Assembly (NCBI GenBank): GCA_038227875.1
Contig: JBBRPR010000014.1
Location: 32,001 to 96,000, forward strand
Length of the DNA stretch: 64,000 nt
DNA from: Planctomycetota bacterium
GTDB taxonomy: Bacteria > Planctomycetota > SZUA-567 > H5-PLA8
Direction: 5' to 3'
Shown here: positions 1-8,537 of the stretch, piece after piece
How the letters are laid out: each line of letters begins with the position of its first letter
How positions within the stretch are numbered: position 1 is the first letter of the stretch
Program-made: the position numbers and the translations under genes
Notes under the pieces: model-generated
The model's database searches: none
What the model saw: the letters and a program-made list of their open reading frames with translations, nothing else
Told to the model about the DNA's origin: nothing

Positions 1-1
1 T

Positions 2-1345
2 CGTGACAATCCCAATCAGATCCCGTCGGGTCTCGCGAGCAGCACGCCGATTCCAGTGATCTACGCGGACTTCCTCGGTGCCGTCACGGCGCGCGTGGAC
101 AAGACGGCGCTGGCGGAATTCAAGACCGCGTTGCTCGCGGACCTTCCTCCATTCATTGATGTCAACGATCCCGTTCCCGAGAACAAGACACTCGGGGGTT
201 TGCTGCAGCAGAACAAGAAGCGTGCCATCGCGCTGATCGTCATTGCGCTGACGAAGTTTCCAGACCATTCGAAGTGGACGATCCTGCGCGCCTGCGGCGC
301 ACTCGACGCGGCGGAGCTCGATGAGCCGCTCGAGACCGTCGCGCTCACGGACACCAACGCGACGAACCGCGCGTTCGCGTTCAAGGCCATCGCGCAGCGC
401 AAACAGAAGAACGCCGCCGCGCTGCTCCAGGAAGGGTTGTTCGATCCGCAGCTGTCCATCCGCCTTCTGTGCATGGAACTGCTCAGCGAGGCGGGTGAGA
501 ATATTGGCAGCGTCACGGCGGTAATGCCTTGCCGTCCCCGGCACGCGTTTCAATTCCTCTTTTTGGAAACGGCGCTGAAGCGTGTCATGCCGACCATCGA
601 TGCGCCGACGTTCTTCAAGCAACCATTTTCCATCCGCTATGGTGCGTTCACGGGAGCTGCGCCGGAGGTCACCAAGTCGTTCGTCGCGCTGGCTGAAAAG
701 CGCGCGGACCGGCCGTACGCGGCGATGGTGCTCTATCTCTGCGGCGACGAGGTTGCGTCCGCCAAGGCGCTGGACACGCTGGTGAAAGTGATGCTGGAGA
801 ACGGCAAGAAGCCGGCCGATCACCGCTCGCCGGAATTCCAGATTCAATCGGATCTCGTCGATGTCTTTCAACAGAGCACTCCGGCGCAATTCAAAGCGAT
901 CCAGAAGATCTTCAAAACCAACCTGCGCGAATTCTCCGAGGAACGAGAAGCGCTGCTGACCACGCTGGCGTACGCGCAATCGGTCAGCGATGCGCCGGAC
1001 CTTGCCGACGATCTGCTCCGCGTGCGCGACATGCAGACCAGGAACAAGGATCTGCTGCTCGGCGCCGCGCTGGCGCTGGCTCATCATAAAAGTCCGCAGG
1101 CGATTCCATCGTTAATTCAAATCTTGAGCATGCGCTCAGACGCGTACACGGTCGTGGCGATTCAGACGCTTGAGAAACTAACCGGCATCGAGACGCCGGG
1201 CGTACCGCGTCCCGATCCGAAGACGGGCCAGTACGATCCGAAGGCCGCGTGGAACGTTCAGGGCGCGTACGACTTCTGGCGCAAGTGGATCCAGAATATG
1301 GATCACGACCTGCAGTTCGACGCCGAATCTCAGCACGTCAAGTAG
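2..1345 (+). CDS. HEAT-repeat protein, 5'-truncated by the window edge
   Basis: The frame of the 56..1345 ORF is open back to position 2. Helical HEAT/PBS-like motifs (DTNATNRAFAFKAIA, LFDPQLSIRLLCMELL, AIPSLIQIL...AIQTLEKLTG) and a W..W C-terminal segment. Confidence 0.6.
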   Translation, partial: RDNPNQIPSGLASSTPIPVIYADFLGAVTARVDKTALAEFKTALLADLPPFIDVNDPVPENKTLGGLLQQNKKRAIALIVIALTKFPDHSKWTILRACGALDAAELDEPLETVALTDTNATNRAFAFKAIAQRKQKNAAALLQEGLFDPQLSIRLLCMELLSEAGENIGSVTAVMPCRPRHAFQFLFLETALKRVMPTIDAPTFFKQPFSIRYGAFTGAAPEVTKSFVALAEKRADRPYAAMVLYLCGDEVASAKALDTLVKVMLENGKKPADHRSPEFQIQSDLVDVFQQSTPAQFKAIQKIFKTNLREFSEEREALLTTLAYAQSVSDAPDLADDLLRVRDMQTRNKDLLLGAALALAHHKSPQAIPSLIQILSMRSDAYTVVAIQTLEKLTGIETPGVPRPDPKTGQYDPKAAWNVQGAYDFWRKWIQNMDHDLQFDAESQHVK

Positions 1346-1346
1346 G

Positions 1347-1715
1347 CTACAGTACGTTGATCGTTCCCGAGCGCTTGTACTGCGCGAGTACCTTGCGGAC
1401 ACGCCGGCGGAGTTTTAGATCCGGATCGTTCCACATGCGTTCGATCGCCGCGACGATCTCCTCGTGCCGTTCGTTGGGCGAACCGTCGCAGAGTGTGTGC
1501 AGCACATGGCTGCGTATTGTGGCATCCGGATCGGCCGACATCTCAATCATGCGGTCCCACACACGCGGATGATTGGCTTTGAGATGGCACGGACAAAGAT
1601 TCCGCACGGCCGCTTTGCGTACGCGGATGTCCTGGTCCTGCGTCAGGGTGAGGAACTCCGCGATATCGTCGCTGTCGACGGAAACTTCAACGTAGCAGGA
1701 ATTGCGCGTGCTCAT
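1347..1715 (-). CDS. small HEAT-repeat protein with LCPCH and LCDGSP motifs
   Basis: 122 aa; three HEAT-like units (DQDIRVRKAAVRNL, DPDATIRSHVLHTL, DPDLKLRRRVRKVL); GAGG RBS upstream. Confidence 0.75.
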   Translation of the reverse strand: MSTRNSCYVEVSVDSDDIAEFLTLTQDQDIRVRKAAVRNLCPCHLKANHPRVWDRMIEMSADPDATIRSHVLHTLCDGSPNERHEEIVAAIERMWNDPDLKLRRRVRKVLAQYKRSGTINVL

Positions 1716-1790
1716 CGGGGACCCTCAAATTCCAGTCCCCTCAACTAAACACACGAATCGAGCATTGTCAATTCGGGCCTGTGTCCGACA

Positions 1791-1814
1791 CCAGGTATTA
1801 AATTTAATACCTGG
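1791..1814. promoter_or_regulatory. perfect 24-bp palindrome, candidate operator
   Basis: CCAGGTATTAAATTTAATACCTGG is its own reverse complement; intergenic, about 75 bp upstream of the 1715 start. Confidence 0.5.
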
Positions 1815-1844
1815 CAAAAACTAACAACTTGCCGCGCGTCGCTA

Positions 1845-4800
1845 TTAATGCGCGTGGGCGTGCGCGTCATGGCCGTGCGCGTGTTCATCGTGACCGTGGC
1901 CGTGTGCGGCTTCCATCGACGGCGTCGACTCGGAGACGGCAATGGAGTGATGGTCGTCGTGAACCGGAGCGGGCGCCGGCGGCTCTTCGCCGCTGCCGTC
2001 GTCGCGGACGTGCGCGGCTTCGTAGCCGTAGGCCTGCGCAAGCACCTGGATCGGGTGGAGCGTCTTCTTCTCCGCGCCGTGTTCCATCTGCATGCGGCAG
2101 CACGAGCTCTCGCTCATCGCGTACTCGATGCCTTTACGCTCGTCCTTGAGCTGTTCGAAGAGCTTCTTGCCGATCCACATCGACTCGTCGTAGTTCTTTT
2201 TGATCATTCCCCACATCGACGGATTGCCGCAACATCCGTGGTCGAGCTGCACGACCTTGACACCGGGGACCAGCTTGACCAGGTCGATGCCCGGCGTGCC
2301 GATATGCAGCGACTTGTGATGGCAGGCCTGATGGTAGCCGACGACCGCATCGACCTTCTGGAAATTGGTCTTCAGCTTGCGCTCGCTTTTCAGCTTCATC
2401 AGGAACTGGCCGATCTCGTATGTGTGGCGCGCGACGGCGCGCGTCTCGGGGGTGTCGACGTAGGTCAGGAAATCTTCCTGCAGGCACATGCAGGCTGTAG
2501 CGTCGAGCGCGACAATCGGGATGCCCTTGAACGCGTACGGCGCGAGCACTCCGGCGACTTTCGTCACGTGTTCGCGGCTGGCTTCGACCGCGCCTTCGCT
2601 CAGCGTGGGGCTCTTGCACCACGGCGCGTCGGGAAGGTCAACTTCGAAGCCGTGGTGTTCGAGGACATCGATGGCAGCCTGGGCCAGTTGCGGATTGCAG
2701 TACTTGGCGTCGAGATCGAGATAGAGCACCGCCTTCGGGCGGTCGGAACCGGGGGAGGGCATGTAGCGGCGCTGCGGACGCCAGCGCTTGAGCTGCGGAA
2801 GCTTGTAGCGATGGTCGATCCCCGTCACGGCTTCGCGGATCATGCGCGCGGGCAGGGTGTTGACCAGCGAATTGAAGAGTGGCGACACGTATGAGGCCGC
2901 GCGGAAAACGTCCTCCATGCTGGAGAGCGCCACAGTGCTCGCGGGCAGACTGTTGGACTGGTAGTGGCGCGCCTTGGCTTCGAGCACGAGCTTGGGGATA
3001 TTGACGTTTGACGGGCAACCGTCGTGGCAGAGCTTGCAGTTGAAACACGTGTTCATGACTTCCAGCAGCTCTTCGCTGCCGAACGATCCGCCGACCTGCC
3101 GGCCGGTCATCATGCGGCGCAGGACGTTGGCCTTGGCGCGTGGCGACGCGTCTTCAATGCGTTCGTACTTGAAGCGCGGACACATCTCTTCTTCAGGTCC
3201 GGTCGTGCGGCAGTAACCGCAGCCGTTGCAGCTCTCGGCTTCCTTGGCCATCTCGGCGCCGGCCCACTTTAGGGGCGAGCCGCCGTGGACGTGGACTTCG
3301 GCGCTGCTGGTGGCGATGCGTTCGACGGTACCTTCGGTGCGCACGGCCGTCTGCGATTTGAACATGCGGAAGTTCGCGGCCTGCGTCGGGTCGATGGAGC
3401 TGGGCTTCGGCCGTTCGCCGGTGCTGAACTGGTAGGCCGCGCCGAGGCGCAGGTTCTTGAGCATGAGATGCGCATCGGCCGTGATCTTCTTCTGCGGATT
3501 GAGCAGGCCGGACGGATCGAAGATCGATTTCAGTTCCTTGAAGACGGCGTAGAGTTCCTTGCCGGCCTGTTTTTCGAGCCACTGCGAGCGGGCGAGGCCT
3601 TCACCGTGCGTGCCGGAGATGGTGCCGCCGACTTCCCAGACCGCCGCGTGAATTTCGCCGGCGACCTTTTCGAGGATGTCGAGGTGTTCCTTCTGATGCA
3701 GATCCATCATCGGCATCAGATGCACTTCGCCCTGGCCAGCGTTGGCCCAGGCGCTCCATTCGAGCTTGTACTTCTCGCAGATCTTCCCGGCCTTCTCAAT
3801 GTATGCGGCGAGCTTGTCGAGCGGCACGACGGCGTCTTCGACGACCGGCACCGGCTGCAGGTTGTCCTTGCGGCGGTAGAGCATGGACGTGCCGGCGACG
3901 CGCGCGGCCCAGATTTTCGCTTCCTGTTCCGGCTCCATCACGCGTCGCGACTTCACGTGCGGAATTTCCTTGAGCTTGGCTTCGACGGCGGTGAGGCGAT
4001 CGGTGACGTCGGCTTCGGCTTGGCCTTCGAATTCGAGAATCAGCACAGCCTTCGCGCTTTCGGGCACGGCGAATTCCTGCGGCGCGGCCTGGCGGCGCAG
4101 CAGCATCATCTTTTCATCCAGCATCTCGCAGCCGAACGGATTGAGCGCGCGCAGAGCCGGGACGGCCTTGGCGGCGTCGAGCAGCGTCTTGAAGTAAACT
4201 TCGAGCATGCCGATGCGTTCAGGAAGCGGATGAACCTTCAGCACCGCCTGCGTGACGATGCCGAGCGTGCCTTCGCTGCCGCAGAGGACGCGCGAGAGGT
4301 CGTAGACTTCTCCCGAGACAACGCCATCGACCAAATAGCCGGCGCGGTTGCGTTCGGTCTTCACGGCTTTCGAGGCGATCAGCGCGGCGTTTTTCTGGAG
4401 CAGCGCGGGAACTTCGCGGTGGACCTTGCCGCTCAAGCCTTCTTCGCGCTTCTTGCCTTCGATATCGGCGCCGGCGAGTTTCACCGGATTGGCCAGCGTG
4501 ACGGTGCCGTCCATCAGGCAGAGGCGCGCACCGACGAGATTCTTGCGCGTATCGCCGTAGAACGCGGAGTGCGGGCCGGAACCGTTGCGCGCGATCATGC
4601 CGCCCACGGTGGAGCGGTTGCCGTTGAGAGGATCGGGGCCGACGCGGAAGCCGTGGGGCTTAAGCGCGCGGTTGAGGCTGTCGAGCACCACGCCGGTCTG
4701 CACGGTGACCTGCTTGCGGCCTTTATCCAGTTCGATGATGCCCTTCATGTACACGGACAGATCGACGATGATGCCCTTGGCCAGCGATTCGCCGGTGACG

Positions 4801-5048
4801 CCCGAGCCGCTGCCGCGCGCGACAACCGGGATGCCGTGCTTCTGGCCAAACCACATGCAGCTGCGCACATCCAGTTCGTCCAGCGGATGGACGACCAGCA
4901 GCGGTTCGATCTCGTAGATTGAGCCGTCGGTGGCGTACATGCTGCGCGTGAACGGATCGTCGTAGACGTCGCCTTTCACCATCTCGCGCAGGGCGCGGGC
5001 GAGCGTGCTGGGTGAACGATCGAGAATGTCGGATGTGGCCAGGGACAT
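1845..5048 (-). CDS. FAD-binding and (Fe-S)-binding oxidoreductase (GlcD/YdiJ-like: FAD_binding_4, FAD-oxidase_C, 2x4Fe-4S, CCG) with His-rich tail
   Basis: YATDGSIY, GSEGTLG, VEDAVVP, FDPSGLLNP, CNGCGYC..MCP, CFNCKLCHDGCP, GCCG; C-terminus HGHGHDEHAHGHDAHAHAH. Confidence 0.9.
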   Translation of the reverse strand: MSLATSDILDRSPSTLARALREMVKGDVYDDPFTRSMYATDGSIYEIEPLLVVHPLDELDVRSCMWFGQKHGIPVVARGSGSGVTGESLAKGIIVDLSVYMKGIIELDKGRKQVTVQTGVVLDSLNRALKPHGFRVGPDPLNGNRSTVGGMIARNGSGPHSAFYGDTRKNLVGARLCLMDGTVTLANPVKLAGADIEGKKREEGLSGKVHREVPALLQKNAALIASKAVKTERNRAGYLVDGVVSGEVYDLSRVLCGSEGTLGIVTQAVLKVHPLPERIGMLEVYFKTLLDAAKAVPALRALNPFGCEMLDEKMMLLRRQAAPQEFAVPESAKAVLILEFEGQAEADVTDRLTAVEAKLKEIPHVKSRRVMEPEQEAKIWAARVAGTSMLYRRKDNLQPVPVVEDAVVPLDKLAAYIEKAGKICEKYKLEWSAWANAGQGEVHLMPMMDLHQKEHLDILEKVAGEIHAAVWEVGGTISGTHGEGLARSQWLEKQAGKELYAVFKELKSIFDPSGLLNPQKKITADAHLMLKNLRLGAAYQFSTGERPKPSSIDPTQAANFRMFKSQTAVRTEGTVERIATSSAEVHVHGGSPLKWAGAEMAKEAESCNGCGYCRTTGPEEEMCPRFKYERIEDASPRAKANVLRRMMTGRQVGGSFGSEELLEVMNTCFNCKLCHDGCPSNVNIPKLVLEAKARHYQSNSLPASTVALSSMEDVFRAASYVSPLFNSLVNTLPARMIREAVTGIDHRYKLPQLKRWRPQRRYMPSPGSDRPKAVLYLDLDAKYCNPQLAQAAIDVLEHHGFEVDLPDAPWCKSPTLSEGAVEASREHVTKVAGVLAPYAFKGIPIVALDATACMCLQEDFLTYVDTPETRAVARHTYEIGQFLMKLKSERKLKTNFQKVDAVVGYHQACHHKSLHIGTPGIDLVKLVPGVKVVQLDHGCCGNPSMWGMIKKNYDESMWIGKKLFEQLKDERKGIEYAMSESSCCRMQMEHGAEKKTLHPIQVLAQAYGYEAAHVRDDGSGEEPPAPAPVHDDHHSIAVSESTPSMEAAHGHGHDEHAHGHDAHAHAH

Positions 5049-5050
5049 GG

Positions 5051-5632
5051 TTACTCCTCTTTTATCGATACTTTCCTGAAGCGGTCTTCAACTGCGTGCT
5101 GCGCCAGGATCCAGTCAACGGCTTCCGGCAGGGTTGGCGCGAGCAGGTCGGGCACGTATTCCTTCTTCAAGTTCGCCGGGTTGGGCAGATTCTCGCGGCA
5201 CAGAATCGTGCGGCAGCCGGCAGCTTTTCCCATCTCGATGTCGCGCCCCGAATCGCCGATCACAAAACTGGCGGCCGGGTTGAGTCGGTGTTCCTTGCAC
5301 GCGTTCTGAATCATCCGCGGCGACGGCTTTCGGCAACCGCAGGCGTCGTCGGGATGATGCGGGCAGAAGTAGACCGCATCGAACGCCTGTTCCCCCAAGT
5401 GCCCCTGCATGCGCGCATGGATGTCGTGCAAGGCTTCCAGCGGCATCAACCCTCTTCCCACGCCGCTCTGATTGGTGATCAGCGCGATGAAGAAGTCCTG
5501 CTTGCGAAGCCGGATCAGTTGTTCGGCCACGCCGGGCATGAACTGAAACATCTCCCAGGACAACACAAACTGCCCCGGCCCCGGAAAAACGTTGACTACC
5601 CCGTCGCGGTCGAAGAACACGGCATGACGCAT
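5051..5632 (-). CDS. gmhB: D-glycero-D-manno-heptose 1,7-bisphosphate phosphatase-like HAD IIIA hydrolase
   Basis: FFDRDGVVN, ITNQSG, CPHH..CGCRKP and GDSGRD motifs are all intact. Confidence 0.85.
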   Translation of the reverse strand: MRHAVFFDRDGVVNVFPGPGQFVLSWEMFQFMPGVAEQLIRLRKQDFFIALITNQSGVGRGLMPLEALHDIHARMQGHLGEQAFDAVYFCPHHPDDACGCRKPSPRMIQNACKEHRLNPAASFVIGDSGRDIEMGKAAGCRTILCRENLPNPANLKKEYVPDLLAPTLPEAVDWILAQHAVEDRFRKVSIKEE

Positions 5633-5694
5633 GGACGTTTGCTCTCGTTGGTGTCACAGCCATTGTCGACCATAAGCCCAAGTGCTGCAAGTGC

Positions 5695-5842
5695 GGCTCT
5701 TGGTTGCGACTTGGTGCCAGTGCCGTGGCCTGACAGATACACGATCTGTGCTTCCACTGCGATCGCACTGGCAGGCCGGACTTTCACTCCGCTCAAGTCC
5801 GTCCGTGCCAGTGGCAACTCATCCCGCCAGGCCCCAAGAGCC
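5695..5842. repeat. intergenic REP-like nested stem-loop
   Basis: CACTGGCA (5766) pairs with TGCCAGTG (5806), with inner CGGACTT/AAGTCCG arms; outer GGCTCTTGG (5695) pairs with CCAAGAGCC (5834). Confidence 0.5.
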
Positions 5843-5856
5843 AAGAGCTGCCCTAT

Positions 5857-7500
5857 CTAGTTCTCCACAACTCCCACGCCACGGCACGGGAAGATCTGCG
5901 CGGTCAGCGCGGTCGCTTCGAGCTGGCGCGGCAGGTAGTAGGCGCTGTTCAGGTTCTCGACAAGCATCTTGTAGCTCTCGAGTTTGCAGAGGATCGCGAC
6001 ACGCTGCGTGCCGGACCAGCGGGCGGCGAGGACGCCGGGAACGTTCAGGGCCAGATCGCAGAGCAGATCGGTTTCCAGCGAACTACCAGCAGAGCGGCCC
6101 GACTGACGCCAGAGCGGGTCGCCGTGTTCGGACATCGAGAGCAGTTCGTCGTCGCCGGTGCCGTGGAGGATCGGGCGGACGGATTCGACGCGGCCACTGG
6201 CGGTCAGTTCGTGGGAAACGGACGCTTCGCCCACCTGGCCGATGTTCATGAACGCAGCGATGCGGCCGAGATCGGCGTGGCGCAGGGCGTCACCGGCGCG
6301 GGCGGCGCGCTGGAGTTCAGCGAAGACGAAGAGTAGCTTTTCACGCGGGAAGTAGCCCTGCTTCGGATCGGGATGCTGCGTGAAGCGCTGCTTCAAATCC
6401 TTGGCGAACGACTCGGCGAGTCCGGATTCGAGTGCCGCGGAACGGGAGATGGCCTGCGGGATCTTCGTCAGCAGTTCCAGCAGCAGTTCGTCGGGCATGG
6501 TGAAGTCGCGGCCCGCGTCGGCGGTCGAGAGGCGCTTGAGCGCTTCCTTCTGGAAAAGAGCCATGCCGATCTGCGTGGTCGTCGCGCGGTAGCTGCCGTG
6601 ACCGGCGGGAGAGGCGTCGGGCACTCCGGCGTGAGCGATGACCAGGCAATGTCCGGCAAGCGTCGCCTTGGTCTTGGCGCGCGCGGGGCTGCGGCCTGCG
6701 TAGGTCAGTTCGTTGGGCATGCCGAAGAGCACCGAGCCCATGCTGCTGCGGCGGCCGGCGCAGCCCGACTGCGCTTCCGCGCACCAGCCGGCGAATTCGG
6801 CGAGCGGAATCTTGGCCCATTCGCCCGACGCGGCGGCGATCGAAGCCAGCGTGGCAGCGACGAGCGTGGTGTCCGAGTGCGACGTGTAGCCGGGCGGCAG
6901 AATGCTGCCGACGACGATGTTCAGGCCGGGAATGTTGAGCTCGACTTGTCCCGTCGGTCCCTTGTGGCGGTTGACGTAGTAGACCAGCGCGGCCTTCAGC
7001 GGCGCCGACCATCCGGTCGCGGCGCCGAAATTCTCAGCGGCGTAGGTGCGCCAATCCAGCGCGCGGGTTTTTGGCGCGGATGCAAAGAGATCAAATTCCA
7101 CCGGCGCGAACTGACCATCGACGTGCGCGACGGTGATCTTCTTGTCCGTGCGCGGCGAGACGCAGAGAACCGTCTCGTAACACGCGGCGCTGAGCGTCGA
7201 GCCGCCGAAGTCTTCGAGATGAAGTCCGACCAGGTCCAGGCTTTCCGGCGCGCGCATCAGGAAACATTTGGTGCCGTCGCCATGGAGCTCCGCGAACTTC
7301 TTCACCAGCGCCGTGTAAAGGTCGAGAACCTTGTTCTCAAACTTGGCCGGCGATTCATCGACCAGGCCGTGGTTGAGCTGGATCTTCGAAAGTATCAGCG
7401 TGCCGGGGACGCCGGGTTGCAACATCAACTGCCACATCTTCGGTGAACGCAGCGACGACAGCGGGACGATCGGTTCATTGCAGACAATCGGATTGGACAT
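5857..7500 (-). CDS. galactokinase-like GHMP-fold protein with degenerate catalytic motifs
   Basis: RAPESLDLVGLHLEDFGG aligns with RAPGRVNLIGEHTDY.GG; GHMP-like C-terminal part (AELQRA...GDAL, SSLETDLLCDLALNVPGVLAAR); the PxGxGLSSS loop appears as PPGYTSHSD. Confidence 0.7.
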   Translation of the reverse strand: MSNPIVCNEPIVPLSSLRSPKMWQLMLQPGVPGTLILSKIQLNHGLVDESPAKFENKVLDLYTALVKKFAELHGDGTKCFLMRAPESLDLVGLHLEDFGGSTLSAACYETVLCVSPRTDKKITVAHVDGQFAPVEFDLFASAPKTRALDWRTYAAENFGAATGWSAPLKAALVYYVNRHKGPTGQVELNIPGLNIVVGSILPPGYTSHSDTTLVAATLASIAAASGEWAKIPLAEFAGWCAEAQSGCAGRRSSMGSVLFGMPNELTYAGRSPARAKTKATLAGHCLVIAHAGVPDASPAGHGSYRATTTQIGMALFQKEALKRLSTADAGRDFTMPDELLLELLTKIPQAISRSAALESGLAESFAKDLKQRFTQHPDPKQGYFPREKLLFVFAELQRAARAGDALRHADLGRIAAFMNIGQVGEASVSHELTASGRVESVRPILHGTGDDELLSMSEHGDPLWRQSGRSAGSSLETDLLCDLALNVPGVLAARWSGTQRVAILCKLESYKMLVENLNSAYYLPRQLEATALTAQIFPCRGVGVVEN

Positions 7501-7565
7501 TGACTCGTAGACTCTCCTGGACAGCCCTTAGTTGCTGGGAATGGAAGTGAAAGGTGTCGAAAGCA

Positions 7566-8537
7566 TTATGCCTTGGCCAGCTCGTGGATGCACTTCAAGA
7601 TCGAGGCTTCCGAGGGCAGCGCGGCCGGTGTGCAGACCGGCACATCCAGCGCGCATTCGCGGCGGATCGGCGCATCGAGATCGTCGAAGCCGTGTTCCAT
7701 GATGCGCATCGCCAGTTCGCTGCTGAAGCCGCCATTGGACGGTGCATCGGCACAGAGCAGCAGGCGGCCGGTTTTCTTGAGCGATTCGAGCACGCAGACG
7801 AGGTCGACCGGCGTGAGCGTGCGCAGGTCGATCAACTCTGTTTGAATGCCGGACTGCGCCGCCGCTTTCTCGCACGCCGCGGCCGCTTTGCGGATGACGC
7901 TGCCGTAGCCGACGACGGTGAGGTCCTTGCCGCGGCGCAGCACGCGTGCGAGGCCGAAGGGAATTTCTGGAATCGCGACGGCGGTGTCTCCGCTGATGGC
8001 GTAGAGCTCCGGGAATTCAAAGAGCACCACCGGATTATCGTTGCCGTGGAGCGCGGTGCGCAGCAGGCCGCAGGCATCGGCGGAGGAAGAAGGGGAGGCG
8101 ACGAGCAGGCCGGGCACGTGCGTGCACCAGGATTCCCAGCCGTGAGTGCTATTGGACGCAGGTTCGGTGAGCACGCGGAGCGTGATCGGCGCGGCGAGCT
8201 GGCCGGAGGTCAGCCACGCCGTGCGGGTCGCGCCGGCGGCCAGGGAATCGAGCGCAAACGGGAGATCGTCGGGCGAGGAGAGTTCCACGACCGGTCGGTA
8301 ACCGCAGAGCGCCGCGCCGACGGCCGCAGAGACCAGCGCCGCGGCGCTGGCCGGCGAACTGCGGATGCGTTCAGCGCTGAATTTGTCGCGGAGTTCGCGG
8401 TAGACGGACCCGGCGTCACTGGGATGCGAATGGGCGGAGTCTTCACCGTGGATGAGCACAATCTTGGCGTTGGCGCGCATCTCGCGAGCCAGCGTGGTGA
8501 CCAGCAGATGTTCCTGAGTTTGCGTGTGTTCGCTCAT
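7566..8537 (-). CDS. 2-oxoacid dehydrogenase E1-beta-like protein (transketolase PYR + C-terminal domains), degenerate active site
   Basis: GED, GAALCGYRPVVE, VPGLLVASPS, NPVVLFE, IPFGLARVLRRGKDLTVVGYG, ELIDLRTLTPVD, KKTGR, FDDLDAPIRR. ATG at 8537 gives 323 aa, a typical E1-beta length. Confidence 0.85.
   Translation of the reverse strand: MSEHTQTQEHLLVTTLAREMRANAKIVLIHGEDSAHSHPSDAGSVYRELRDKFSAERIRSSPASAAALVSAAVGAALCGYRPVVELSSPDDLPFALDSLAAGATRTAWLTSGQLAAPITLRVLTEPASNSTHGWESWCTHVPGLLVASPSSSADACGLLRTALHGNDNPVVLFEFPELYAISGDTAVAIPEIPFGLARVLRRGKDLTVVGYGSVIRKAAAACEKAAAQSGIQTELIDLRTLTPVDLVCVLESLKKTGRLLLCADAPSNGGFSSELAMRIMEHGFDDLDAPIRRECALDVPVCTPAALPSEASILKCIHELAKA

Noticed and set aside
3285..4922. 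545-aa plus-strand ORF
   Set aside because: Antisense to the FAD/Fe-S oxidoreductase; no recognisable domain.
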